Assembly: GCA_040377305.1 (NCBI GenBank)
Contig: JBEIPA010000013.1
Location: 64,001 to 128,000 of the forward strand
Origin: Flavobacteriales bacterium
GTDB taxonomy: Bacteria > Bacteroidota > Bacteroidia > Palsa-965
Length of the DNA stretch: 64,000 bases
Direction: 5' to 3'
Both the position numbers and the translations under genes were made by a program. How positions within the stretch are numbered: the stretch's first letter is position 1; each line of letters opens with the position of its first letter. This document shows, one piece after another, positions 18,606-27,862 of the stretch. Below the pieces are notes generated by a model. That model saw only the letters and a list, made by a program, of their open reading frames with translations, was not told where the DNA came from and did not search any database.

Positions 18606-19547
18606 CTATCGGCTGATTTGCTTCAAGGAAAAGCCTTGTTTCAGCAACCATTCTGCATAGGCACGATGTACATGCACAAGGGAGTTTTCATCTGGTTCAG
18701 CCTTATTTCCAACACGTTTCAGGATGAATAAGCGGTGGTGCCCATAATCGGGTTCAATTTTCCGTACCACTTCAAACTCCTCAGCAGCAATCGCACCGTT
18801 CGGGGCCGGGAACTTGTACATAGGACTTCTAACTTCAGTGAGTAAAAGTTCAGCCGCTGGTCGGAAGTCAAACCCATGATTTTTTCCCAGTGCATAAACT
18901 TCTTTCGCCTGTTTGGCATCAACTGTCCACGTTGCAATTTTTCCCGTGGATTCCAGCTGTCTACATGATTTCATTTGATGACGAAGCGACAGGATCATGT
19001 ATTCTTCTCCAACAAATCCGAACAGATCGATGGGAAATACGTTGAATTTTTCCCCGTCGGAAATTACGGCAGCACGAATTTCTCTCGGAGTGCTGTATTG
19101 CAGTTTGAGAAAGTCGTACTCGTATTTTGTGAGATCAATATTCCCGGGCTTCTTCTTTCGAAATAGTGAAAGAATACGATCATTAGATTGATGAACTTCC
19201 AACTCGAGATATTGTTTGCGTGATGAACACTGTACAATGGTCAGGTTCTTCTCACCGAGCTGAATTGTCTCTCGCGACCGGCCATCTACATAGCCTGCAA
19301 TTTCCTTTGACCTGACGTCAATTACTTCGAATGAATGCAGAGCATGCGAGTGCTCGTTACTGGAAATTCCGTTTGCTACAATCCCTAATAGTGGCGGCTT
19401 ATATCCTAAAAACAGTAGTTCGTGCTCTGAATGGTCGTTAACCGTTCTCACAGTTTTTAACGCTCGCTGCAAATCTGCTCGTCTTGCCGTTACGTATTCT
19501 GTTGGAAGCGTGATGCCTAACACTATTTTACGTAGAAACTTCCTCAC
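18606..19547 (-). CDS. Hypothetical protein with probable flavin-reductase-like split-barrel C-terminal domain
   Basis: Long ORF with NVFPIDL..G and GHHRLFI segments. Start uncertain (GTG at 19547 chosen). Confidence 0.5.
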   Translation of the reverse strand: MRKFLRKIVLGITLPTEYVTARRADLQRALKTVRTVNDHSEHELLFLGYKPPLLGIVANGISSNEHSHALHSFEVIDVRSKEIAGYVDGRSRETIQLGEKNLTIVQCSSRKQYLELEVHQSNDRILSLFRKKKPGNIDLTKYEYDFLKLQYSTPREIRAAVISDGEKFNVFPIDLFGFVGEEYMILSLRHQMKSCRQLESTGKIATWTVDAKQAKEVYALGKNHGFDFRPAAELLLTEVRSPMYKFPAPNGAIAAEEFEVVRKIEPDYGHHRLFILKRVGNKAEPDENSLVHVHRAYAEWLLKQGFSLKQISR

Positions 19548-19614
19548 AAGTTGAAGTTCCGAATTCTTCACTGATGTTAAACAGCGACCACCAAATATCT
19601 TATTTTTACCCCGA

Positions 19615-20160
19615 TTGACGTCCGCAACTAAATATTCCGAAGAACAGCTCGTTGAGCGCCTTACCGCGCAGGACAAGGAAGCTTTTAGTTATCTCTACGA
19701 TAACTACTCGGGCGCACTCTATGGAACGCTCATTCGAATTGTGATTGACGAAGACGTTGCGCAGGATTTGCTTCAGGAGACTTTCGTTAAAATCTGGAAG
19801 AGTTTTACCTCGTACAATGCGCAAAAAGGACGTTTGTACACATGGATGGTGAATATTGCCCGCAATCTCGCGATTGATCACAAGCGTTCGCGTTCGTTCA
19901 AATCATCAGAGAAAAACCAAGACATTGATAAGTCCGTAGGTGCTATTAACAGGTCGCAAAAGACCGTGTTCAATATTGACCGTATTGGGCTGAAGGAAAT
20001 TGTTGAGAAGCTGAAGCCCGAGTCGAGAGAGATGATTAACCTGTTGTATTACTCCGGCTATACGCAGGAGGAAGCATCGAAGGAATTGAATATGCCTTTG
20101 GGAACTGTGAAGACAAGAACGCGAACGGCATTAATTGAATTGAGAAAACTGATTGGATAG
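19615..20160 (+). CDS. ECF RNA polymerase sigma factor
   Basis: AF..LYD.Y, AQDLLQETFVKIW, TWMVNIARN.AID, PLGTVKTR. Confidence 0.93.
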   Translation: MTSATKYSEEQLVERLTAQDKEAFSYLYDNYSGALYGTLIRIVIDEDVAQDLLQETFVKIWKSFTSYNAQKGRLYTWMVNIARNLAIDHKRSRSFKSSEKNQDIDKSVGAINRSQKTVFNIDRIGLKEIVEKLKPESREMINLLYYSGYTQEEASKELNMPLGTVKTRTRTALIELRKLIG

Positions 20161-20978
20161 TGGACGCTAAGCAACTCATAGAATCCGGATTACTGGAGAC
20201 CTACGCAATGGGACTCGCATCTGCAGAAGAGGCGAAGCTGGTTGTGGAAATGGTTGCGCGTTATCCGGAAGTGAAAGCAGAGCTTAGTGCGATTGAAGAA
20301 TCCCTTGAAAATTTTGATCGGAAGAATGCAGTGGAACCACCGGCGCATCTGAAAGAAGAAATTCTTGCTGGAGTTTCCGGTTCCCAGTTTCCGGTTTCTG
20401 GCAATGGAAAAAGGGAATCGAAGATCGTTGAGTTGCAGCCGAAATCGAATCAGTTCTACAAATTGGCCGCGATGGCGGCAAGCGTCGCTTTAATTTTTGG
20501 AATATTTTATGTGCAGAGATTGAAGGAAGATGTCGAGAATTTGCAAAACGAAGTAGCGTCCATCAATGAAGATCGTGTAGCTATGACAATCGCTCTTCGT
20601 AATAGTGATTCGTTCGCTACTAAGCTTCAGAACGACATTGCCTTGTTGTCTAAACCTGGAATGAAAAGCATAGAGCTTAAAGGAATGGCTGATGTTGCTC
20701 CCGACGCAAAAGCTATGGCGTATGCAAATACATCAACGGGCGAAGTATATCTCGAGATCATGAATTTACCGGAAACTCCCGAAGGAATGCAATATCAGTT
20801 CTGGGGAATTGTAGATGGCAAACCGGTAGATGCAGGCATGATCACGTTCGATGAATTTGCTTTTACAATGCGCGAGATGAAAGTTGTTCCAAACACAACC
20901 GCATACGCAATTTCCCTCGAACCGAAAGGTGGTTCTCAATCACCAACGGGGAAGATTTACGTGATGGGGAATTCGTAG
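20160..20978 (+). CDS. RskA-like anti-sigma factor
   Basis: IESGLLE.Y.MG N-terminus, single TM, QYQFW.IVDGKPVDAG..AISLEPKGGS..PT; overlaps the sigma stop codon. Confidence 0.9.
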   Translation: MDAKQLIESGLLETYAMGLASAEEAKLVVEMVARYPEVKAELSAIEESLENFDRKNAVEPPAHLKEEILAGVSGSQFPVSGNGKRESKIVELQPKSNQFYKLAAMAASVALIFGIFYVQRLKEDVENLQNEVASINEDRVAMTIALRNSDSFATKLQNDIALLSKPGMKSIELKGMADVAPDAKAMAYANTSTGEVYLEIMNLPETPEGMQYQFWGIVDGKPVDAGMITFDEFAFTMREMKVVPNTTAYAISLEPKGGSQSPTGKIYVMGNS

Positions 20979-20986
20979 CTTATAGT

Positions 20987-21076
20987 ACGCGGATTGAGCT
21001 GATCGGGCGGATCACGTAGGATATTTTTCACAAGACATCGGCACATCGGAAATCGAAAATCGGCACATCGGATTTC
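20987..21076. repeat. Short degenerate repeat tracts
   Basis: acatcggc/aaatcga-type 8-mers and a cggat-containing tract. Confidence 0.5.
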
Positions 21077-21093
21077 GTACCTTCGGTTCCCTT

Positions 21094-22254
21094 ATGAAAA
21101 AGAAAATCATGCTTCTCGGTTCGGGCGAACTCGGAAAAGAATTTACTATCGCCGCGAAACGACTCGGTCAACATGTAATTGCAGTTGATTCGTATGATCA
21201 TGCTCCGGCAATGCAGGTTGCTGATGAACGGGAAGTGATCAACATGCTTGATGGCAATGCGCTCGATGCGATTGTAGATAAGCATCGTCCTGATTTGATT
21301 GTACCGGAGATTGAAGCCATTCGCACGGAACGTTTTTACGATTACGAATCGAAAGGAATACAAGTTGTACCGAGTGCGAAGGCAGCGAACTTCACGATGA
21401 ACAGAAAAGCAATTCGTGATCTCGCAGCGAAAGAATTAGGATTGCGTACTGCGAAGTACGATTACGCAACTACCCTCGAACAATTCCGCGAAGCCATTGA
21501 TGCAATCGGAATTCCCTGCGTAGTAAAACCGCTCATGTCTTCATCCGGTAAAGGACAAAGCGTGGTGAAGTCGTATGATGACATTGACAAAGCCTGGCAA
21601 TATGCCATGAGCGGAACACGCGGAGATTTGCTCGAAGTAATTGTGGAAGAGTTTGTGAAGTTCGAGTCTGAAATCACATTGCTTACAGTAACTCAGAAGA
21701 ACGGCAACACACTTTTTTGTCCGCCGATTGGTCACAGACAGGAGCGCGGCGATTATATGGAAAGCTGGATGCCGCATCCGATGTCGAACGCGCATTTGAA
21801 CGAAGCGGAAGAGATGGCAGGAAAAGTTACCCGTGCTTTAGGTGGAGAGGGAATATGGGGAGTAGAATTTTTCCTTGCGGAGAACGGAGTTTATTTCTCC
21901 GAGCTTTCACCGCGCCCGCATGATACGGGTATGGTGACGTTAGCGAATACGCTTCCGCTGAACGAATTTGAATTGCATTTGCGTGCTGTTCTTGGATTAC
22001 CCATTCCGGATATCACTTTGCAAAGAGCAGGAGCGAGTGCGGTGGTTCTCGCCAGTACAGAGGGTGTTCCGAATATCAGCGGGCTCAACGATGCACTGAA
22101 CGAACCGCTTGTCGATGTAAAAGTTTTTGGCAAACCGGTTACTCGTCCGTACCGACGTATGGCTGTTGCACTAGCGTGGGACAAACCGGGAACGGACATC
22201 AAGTTACTTGTTGCGAAAGCGCAAAGTGTAGCGGCGAAAGTGAAAGTGCATTGA
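21094..22254 (+). CDS. purT: Formate-dependent phosphoribosylglycinamide formyltransferase
   Basis: [39 protein letters not shown]. Confidence 0.97.
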   Translation: MKKKIMLLGSGELGKEFTIAAKRLGQHVIAVDSYDHAPAMQVADEREVINMLDGNALDAIVDKHRPDLIVPEIEAIRTERFYDYESKGIQVVPSAKAANFTMNRKAIRDLAAKELGLRTAKYDYATTLEQFREAIDAIGIPCVVKPLMSSSGKGQSVVKSYDDIDKAWQYAMSGTRGDLLEVIVEEFVKFESEITLLTVTQKNGNTLFCPPIGHRQERGDYMESWMPHPMSNAHLNEAEEMAGKVTRALGGEGIWGVEFFLAENGVYFSELSPRPHDTGMVTLANTLPLNEFELHLRAVLGLPIPDITLQRAGASAVVLASTEGVPNISGLNDALNEPLVDVKVFGKPVTRPYRRMAVALAWDKPGTDIKLLVAKAQSVAAKVKVH

Positions 22255-22266
22255 TTGTACATTCGC

Positions 22267-22341
22267 TTATAGACCAAGCATCAGCATCAGCGGAGTAATC
22301 AGCACCACTAGTACGAGCAGAAAGAGCGGAGGGAATTTCAT
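22267..22341 (-). CDS. Candidate 24-aa hydrophobic small protein MKFPPLFLLVLVVLITPLMLMLGL
   Basis: Clean ATG..TAA in an intergenic gap, an A-rich initiation region (aaaacaaaaagccATG), and one TM-like helix. Confidence 0.55.
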   Translation of the reverse strand: MKFPPLFLLVLVVLITPLMLMLGL

Positions 22342-22418
22342 GGCTTTTTGTTTTAGGTTGTTATTACTTGTTAGATGTGCAATTCTTAGACCGGTTTAAT
22401 CGTTTCTCGCTAAGGTTT

Positions 22419-22447
22419 ACAAGTGGCATTGTCAACTCAACAAGTGG
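22419..22447. promoter_or_regulatory. Direct repeat acaagtgg x2 with 21-bp period (LytTR-like site)
   Basis: Copies at 22419-22426 and 22440-22447. Confidence 0.5.
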
Positions 22448-22472
22448 GCACTTTGGGGTCAGGTTATTAAAG

Positions 22473-23162
22473 CTATTCCCGGCGCAGTAGCTCGATATCA
22501 GCGATCAGTTGTTCTACATCCAGCTGAATTGTGCCATTGTATATTCCGCGAATACGACCGGTTTTGTCAACCAGAATGAAATGCTCGGTGTGCAAGAACT
22601 CTGTACTGTCTTTCGTAAATCCTAATTCCTGTTCTGCGAAGTACGACTGGCGTGCGAGATTGTAGATTTCACTTTTCGGTCCGGTAAGAAAATGCCAGTT
22701 GTCAAAGTTGATGTCTTTGCCTTCGGCGTAATTTTTCAAAACCGGAACGCTATCCTGCCACGGCGTTACGCTGTATGACATCATCACCACATCACTGTCG
22801 TTTCCATAAGCGTTTGCAACAAGTTTCATGTGATCCGTCATTCTTGGGCAAATGCTGCCGCAGCTGGTGAAGAAGAAATCAGCAACATGAATTTTTCCGG
22901 TGAGATCATTACGCGTGATGACTTCTCCGTTTTGATTCTGTAAACTGAAGTGTGCAATGCGATGTGTGATCATGATTGCCGCTTCGCTGGGCTTATTGAA
23001 AAAGTGCGGAGTAAAATCAGGTGTATTGAAATAGGGCATCTGATCTTTCTGCATGGTAGACGTTTCACGGGCGTCTGAATTCAAACAACCTGTGAATGCA
23101 ACACTGCTAAGGACTGACGCTGTCAGCAACATTAACACAGTTTTCGGTGCCAAAAAGTCCAT
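22473..23162 (-). CDS. SCO1/SenC family copper-binding lipoprotein
   Basis: FFFTSCGSICP (CxxxC), HTEHFILVD..GRIRG.Y, lipobox AFTGC. Start probably MDFLAP or the later MLLTAS. Confidence 0.9.
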   Translation of the reverse strand: MDFLAPKTVLMLLTASVLSSVAFTGCLNSDARETSTMQKDQMPYFNTPDFTPHFFNKPSEAAIMITHRIAHFSLQNQNGEVITRNDLTGKIHVADFFFTSCGSICPRMTDHMKLVANAYGNDSDVVMMSYSVTPWQDSVPVLKNYAEGKDINFDNWHFLTGPKSEIYNLARQSYFAEQELGFTKDSTEFLHTEHFILVDKTGRIRGIYNGTIQLDVEQLIADIELLRRE

Positions 23163-23709
23163 AACGTTTATTGTTTTTAATGACGTAGTTCGATTTGATT
23201 TGTCCGCCCGGAAACCAGATTTGTTGTTTGCCATTTTCATGTCCTGCAACGAAATGCTGTGAGCGAAATAGTTGTCCGTTTGAGTACCACTCGATGTATT
23301 CACCTTCGTAAATATCTTTTCCGTAGTGATAAATGAATCGCGGGGTTCCGTTGCTGTACCATCCGAAATGCGTTCCTTCTTTTCTCCCATCAATATACTT
23401 TCTCACTTCACAAAGCATTCCGTTGTCGTACCAGCTTCTCGATTCACCATGCTCTTTTCCGTTGCGGTATTGAGTGGTCTTGATCGTATCACCACCCGCA
23501 TTCAGAAAGAAGAGGACTCCGTGTGCAACTTCACCATTTACACTGGTGATCCCGCGGCGGGAAGAGATCTGTACACTGTCACCGTTTCTCCATCGGTAAA
23601 CGGGTACAGATCCTTCCGTGCGACAGGAGGCAATGATACTGATTGCCGCCACGAGAGCAACCGTCGCGTAAGTTGCTGCTTTAATGTGACCACGTTCCCT
23701 GAACTCCAT
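23107..23709 (-). CDS. MORN-variant/YwqK-like repeat lipoprotein
   Basis: Lipobox IASC and repeated G..HG....WY.NG units; overlaps both neighbours; start uncertain. Confidence 0.75.
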   Translation of the reverse strand: MEFRERGHIKAATYATVALVAAISIIASCRTEGSVPVYRWRNGDSVQISSRRGITSVNGEVAHGVLFFLNAGGDTIKTTQYRNGKEHGESRSWYDNGMLCEVRKYIDGRKEGTHFGWYSNGTPRFIYHYGKDIYEGEYIEWYSNGQLFRSQHFVAGHENGKQQIWFPGGQIKSNYVIKNNKRYGLFGTENCVNVADSVSP

Positions 23710-24451
23710 AATATCCGTTGCCATTGATGTAAGGGATGTCTGCTGTAATGTGGTAATGGTAAGTTCCGTTCGGATAATCTTCCGTTACTCCGTAATGGCC
23801 GTGGTACACATCAAGATCTGCACTCGTCAGCACCACATTATTTTCCATGGGGCCATAGATCGGAAATCCATCGAGCATGAATCCCATCAATGCATCTGCA
23901 CCTTGATTGGTGGTGAGGAAATTCGGTTCTATGTGATAGTGATACTCATTCATCGGTGTGGGATGTCCACCGTATAAATCGAACGAAACATATTCGCCGC
24001 TCGTAGTTGTGATGAGTTGGTTCTGCGCCTGGTATTGATTGAAGAATGCAATACCATTCAGCGCAACTCCGATTGTTGCCGCAGTCAATGCGGTGTGTGT
24101 ACTTGCTTCTGTCGGATTAAGCGGCAGGCGGAAGGTGGTGTTTGTAGTTGCAACTAGATTTCCCGGTGCCTGATTAAAACCAACACGTGTATCGTCGATC
24201 CACATGGTGCTTTCCCATTGTGTATTGAGGAAGTACGGACTCTGGTGATCAGGAACTCCGTTCGTCTTGATCACAATGTAATCACCATCGATGTACATGT
24301 CGGTTGCGCCATAGATTTTCTCATATACTGCGGGCACATCTTCATCGGAAGTAGCAGAAAGATCAACATCATCTTTTTTACATGCTGTGAATGCTGTAGC
24401 GGCGAGGAGAAAAATAAAAACGTTTTGGGTGAAGTGGGCTGGGCGATGCAT
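23681..24451 (-). CDS. YHYH-domain lipoprotein
   Basis: Lipobox FTAC, IGVALNG, two YHYH motifs, DGFPIYGP. Confidence 0.9.
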   Translation of the reverse strand: MHRPAHFTQNVFIFLLAATAFTACKKDDVDLSATSDEDVPAVYEKIYGATDMYIDGDYIVIKTNGVPDHQSPYFLNTQWESTMWIDDTRVGFNQAPGNLVATTNTTFRLPLNPTEASTHTALTAATIGVALNGIAFFNQYQAQNQLITTTSGEYVSFDLYGGHPTPMNEYHYHIEPNFLTTNQGADALMGFMLDGFPIYGPMENNVVLTSADLDVYHGHYGVTEDYPNGTYHYHITADIPYINGNGYYGVQGTWSH

Positions 24452-24521
24452 AGTTGTACGATTTAAATTATACTTCCTTAACGCATCGACGTTTCAGAAT
24501 GTTTTAATAAAACACAGGTTG

Positions 24522-24551
24522 GCGGAGAATGAAAGTTTTTGTGCGGTGAAT
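24522..24551. promoter_or_regulatory. Direct repeat gcgg(a/t)gaat x2 with 21-bp period
   Basis: Copies at 24522-24530 and 24543-24551, upstream of the YHYH gene. Confidence 0.45.
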
Positions 24552-24558
24552 CAAACGT

Positions 24559-24593
24559 AAAAGTCCCGACTCACTTTCGTGGTCGGGACTTTT
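24559..24593 (-). terminator. Rho-independent terminator
   Basis: aaaagtcccgac-N11-gtcgggactttt. Confidence 0.8.
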
Positions 24594-24614
24594 CGTCTCA
24601 AGGTTATGCCACTA

Positions 24615-26342
24615 TTATTCTACGATGAGCTGCTCCGTTACTTTAGCAGTACCCGTGTAAACATTAACAAAGTAAACGCCTGAAGTGAAGTTCTTCAGAT
24701 CAACGTAAGTTGCTGTTGATGTTGCAGTCGTTGTGTAAACAACTTGTCCAAGTGTGTTTGTGATTTCAACGACCTGATCTACGGCTGTAGATATTACTAC
24801 TGACTCGTTTGCCGGATTCGGGAACAAGGAAACATGAGGAGGTCCGGGAATAGAAGGAACACTTGCAGCCGGATCAATGACAACGGGAGTTCCCATTGTA
24901 GCCAGAGGAATGTTTACCATCTGACCATCGATTGCTCTCACGTTCGACAGTGTCAGATTCATTGTACTCATCGTACTCACGTTTGCAGCAGTGAATGTCA
25001 CTGTTCCAATGTAACCGTATCCATTCACTTCAGTGTGTGTGGTGCGACACATTGCAATGTCGTTAGTTCCCGTTGCAGAATTGTCGTGTGCGAAACCTAA
25101 CATGCTGGTGTTTTTGATTCCCACCATTGATCCTGCGAAAGATGTGCTGGTGGATCCGGTCTGCACGAGCATGTTGTCGTAGACCAGTGTGAAAGAAATA
25201 CCATATAAATTATTCACTGGCATTGCTTGCGATCCCATATAAACATCAGCGGTAATTACACCTCCCGGAGCAACGGTGTCGGTGATTACGTCGAGGTAAA
25301 GCGTAGGCGCCGTAAGCGGATCAACTTGAGGTAATTCTAAACGGAACGTGTGGGTTTGCAAATAGTTCTGTGAAATTGCAAGCGTGTCGTTTATGTCGAC
25401 AATTCCGTCACCATTTGTATCCGCGTGTTTGTAGTTCGCACCGAGTGGTACAGACTGCGACCAGTCTGCAGATGCTTCTGCTTGCCACGAAGTAGTTGCA
25501 CCTACGCGTGGAGTTCCCGTTGCGCCGTATGCTACACCAAGTGTGAGAACATCCATGTTGTTCGCTTGCAAATCGTAGTCAGCGTCGCCGGGCCAAACGT
25601 TTGGAGTTGGCGCACCGAAACACGATACATCGATGTACGTGTAACCAAAGTGTCCGCTGAATGCGCAATCGGAATTGACAAATTCAATGGTGACAGTCTG
25701 GCCAACAAGCGAAGAAAGATCAATGCTCAATGGAGTCCAGCGACGATACAGGTGTGAAAAGTTTGCACCAGAAATGATATAAGGAACACTTGGGTCGCCT
25801 GCCCAGATGGTGTCACACAATGCTACAACAGGTGTTCCTGTCTGGTCAAGTACATTGACCATGAAGTACGGTTGCATATCCCACACGTGCGAAGGATCTT
25901 CCATCACAGAAGCGAATTGAAACTGAAACCAGTTGTTGTTCGCAGTTACAGTATACGGAAGCATGAGTTTCTCACATTCAGCTCCGGGCAATGCATTACC
26001 TAAACGCACAGAGGCGATTCCACCCCCGGGCGCAAGTGTTGTCATTTGCGTATCGGGCAGCATCGTTATAGGATCAGTCACAACTGAATCGATCTGATTC
26101 ACTGTAATGATTGTATGACGAGCTGTTGCGTTGTATACCGAGGCATTGTTGCCGTTGGAAATCAAACCTGCAGACCACGGAACACTTGTAAGAACACCCG
26201 AGTTTGTTCCGGTTGCACCTGTCCAGCCTACAAATGTGCTGTCGTCGAAATCCTGGTTGTTGCAATTGGATTGTGCATGCACACCTACGGAAGAGGCGAT
26301 AAGTGTACACGCAAGAATAGTTTTGAGTAGAGGTTGTTTCAT
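24615..26342 (-). CDS. T9SS type A cargo with dockerin-like and cohesin-like modules
   Basis: Signal peptide; VWPGDADYD...ADTNGDGIVDINDT paired Ca-loop; LYGISFTLVYD..GTVTF cohesin-like region; FPNPA..GVYFV CTD. Confidence 0.75.
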   Translation of the reverse strand: MKQPLLKTILACTLIASSVGVHAQSNCNNQDFDDSTFVGWTGATGTNSGVLTSVPWSAGLISNGNNASVYNATARHTIITVNQIDSVVTDPITMLPDTQMTTLAPGGGIASVRLGNALPGAECEKLMLPYTVTANNNWFQFQFASVMEDPSHVWDMQPYFMVNVLDQTGTPVVALCDTIWAGDPSVPYIISGANFSHLYRRWTPLSIDLSSLVGQTVTIEFVNSDCAFSGHFGYTYIDVSCFGAPTPNVWPGDADYDLQANNMDVLTLGVAYGATGTPRVGATTSWQAEASADWSQSVPLGANYKHADTNGDGIVDINDTLAISQNYLQTHTFRLELPQVDPLTAPTLYLDVITDTVAPGGVITADVYMGSQAMPVNNLYGISFTLVYDNMLVQTGSTSTSFAGSMVGIKNTSMLGFAHDNSATGTNDIAMCRTTHTEVNGYGYIGTVTFTAANVSTMSTMNLTLSNVRAIDGQMVNIPLATMGTPVVIDPAASVPSIPGPPHVSLFPNPANESVVISTAVDQVVEITNTLGQVVYTTTATSTATYVDLKNFTSGVYFVNVYTGTAKVTEQLIVE

Positions 26343-26407
26343 CTAAGATGTATTTCGTTTGCTAATGCAAAATACAGAAAGGAAAGCAGCCATCCAACGC
26401 GGTTTTA

Positions 26408-26701
26408 ACGCGGATTTTGATGTCCGAGGATTGCTAGGCGTATTTATGGATGATTCTGCTGATTAGGAAGGGTGGGTTTTGGATTTTATGAGATAAGCTC
26501 AAGAAGGTGGTCATTGGGTGTTCAAACAACGTTAACCAGCTTTTCTGTCGTTAGAAAGAACCTTGCGCTTGAATTGCGGTTCGGTTCCAAAATTCAACAG
26601 CTGATTAAGCTTATCTCATAAAATCCAATTCCGCGCTTGTAGTATATACAACACTCATCCCTTCAAGGAAATTAACACGCAACGGACATCAAAATCCGCG
26701 T
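26408..26701. repeat. Two nested perfect inverted-repeat pairs (19 bp and 21 bp)
   Basis: acgcggattttgatgtccg 26408-26426 / 26683-26701; ttggattttatgagataagct 26479-26499 / 26608-26628. Confidence 0.9.
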
Positions 26702-26712
26702 CCAATTTCCCG

Positions 26713-27810
26713 TTAGTTCAACCGAAACATCTTCCCCGGCAAAGACTTCACCGCTCCTGCAAACTCCAACTGCAAAAGCATCGCAGAAACTTTTCCCATA
26801 GGCAATTCCGACATCAAACGAATTTCATCGATGTGTACGTTGCCCATTCCGCGCATACACGCAACGACTTTTTCTTCATCGCCTGAAAAAGTTTGTAAGG
26901 TGGTTTGAACAACTTTGGATGCATCCGGTTTTTCCCAGCCCATGGCATAAGCTACATCATCTGCAGAATCAATCAATGCAGCTTTGTTGCGCTTGATCAT
27001 GGCATGACAGCCTGCTGATGCGGCTTCACCAACTCTTCCGGGAAATGCAAACACATCGCGGTTGTAGTTCATTGCGAATTCTGCGGTGATCATTGAACCT
27101 CCGCGTTCACCCGATTCAACCACAATCACGGCATCGGAAAGTCCGGCAACAATTCGGTTACGCTGCGGAAAATTTTCACGATCCGGGTTTGTTTCACAGG
27201 GAAAATCGGTGAGTAAACCACCTTGCGAAATCATTTTCTTCGCAGTGCCGGCATGAACACGTGGATAAACTTCATCGAGTCCGTGCGCGAGTACTCCAAC
27301 CGTATCGAGCCCTTGGTCCAATGAAGCACGGTGAGCACAAATGTCGACTCCATACGCCAGTCCGGACACGACCAGCACATTGTATTTCACTAAATCGGCA
27401 ACGAGCTTTTCGCAAAGTTGTGTTCCGTAATCTGTAATTTGACGGGTACCGATGATGGAAACAATTCTCTTCGCATTCAGGTCAGCAGATCCTTTGTAGT
27501 AGAGCAGAGGAGGAGAGTCGTAGCAATGCTTCAAACGCGACGGATAGTTCGGTTCCGTGAAATACAACATTTGAATTCCGGTTTTCTCAATGCGCTGCAA
27601 TTCCTTTTCCGCTTTCGCGCGATAGTCACGATCGGTTACCAGCTTGGCCGTAATTGTTCCGATACCGGGAATAGTTTCCAGGAGCTTTTTCTTCTCACGA
27701 AAAACAGCTTCGGCACTGCCACAATGCAATACCAATTTTTTAGCAATCACGGGTCCAATGCCCGGAATCATCGTCAGAGCGATACGCCCTGCATATTCGT
27801 CGAAACACAT
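26713..27810 (-). CDS. dprA: DNA-processing protein DprA
   Basis: IIGTR, VSGLAYGVD..AH, FPQRNRIVAGLS, GGSMITA, C-terminal winged helix. Confidence 0.96.
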   Translation of the reverse strand: MCFDEYAGRIALTMIPGIGPVIAKKLVLHCGSAEAVFREKKKLLETIPGIGTITAKLVTDRDYRAKAEKELQRIEKTGIQMLYFTEPNYPSRLKHCYDSPPLLYYKGSADLNAKRIVSIIGTRQITDYGTQLCEKLVADLVKYNVLVVSGLAYGVDICAHRASLDQGLDTVGVLAHGLDEVYPRVHAGTAKKMISQGGLLTDFPCETNPDRENFPQRNRIVAGLSDAVIVVESGERGGSMITAEFAMNYNRDVFAFPGRVGEAASAGCHAMIKRNKAALIDSADDVAYAMGWEKPDASKVVQTTLQTFSGDEEKVVACMRGMGNVHIDEIRLMSELPMGKVSAMLLQLEFAGAVKSLPGKMFRLN

Positions 27811-27862
27811 AGTACTTAACAAACTTTTATTTTACATTGCAATAACATTCCGCTCCATTGTG

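Noticed and set aside
27644-27862. Long N-terminal extensions in the ORF track (also 18571-18651, 23163-23393, 33198-33494, 48501-48782)
   Set aside because: They overlap neighbouring genes, and better starts with signal peptides or family N-termini lie downstream.
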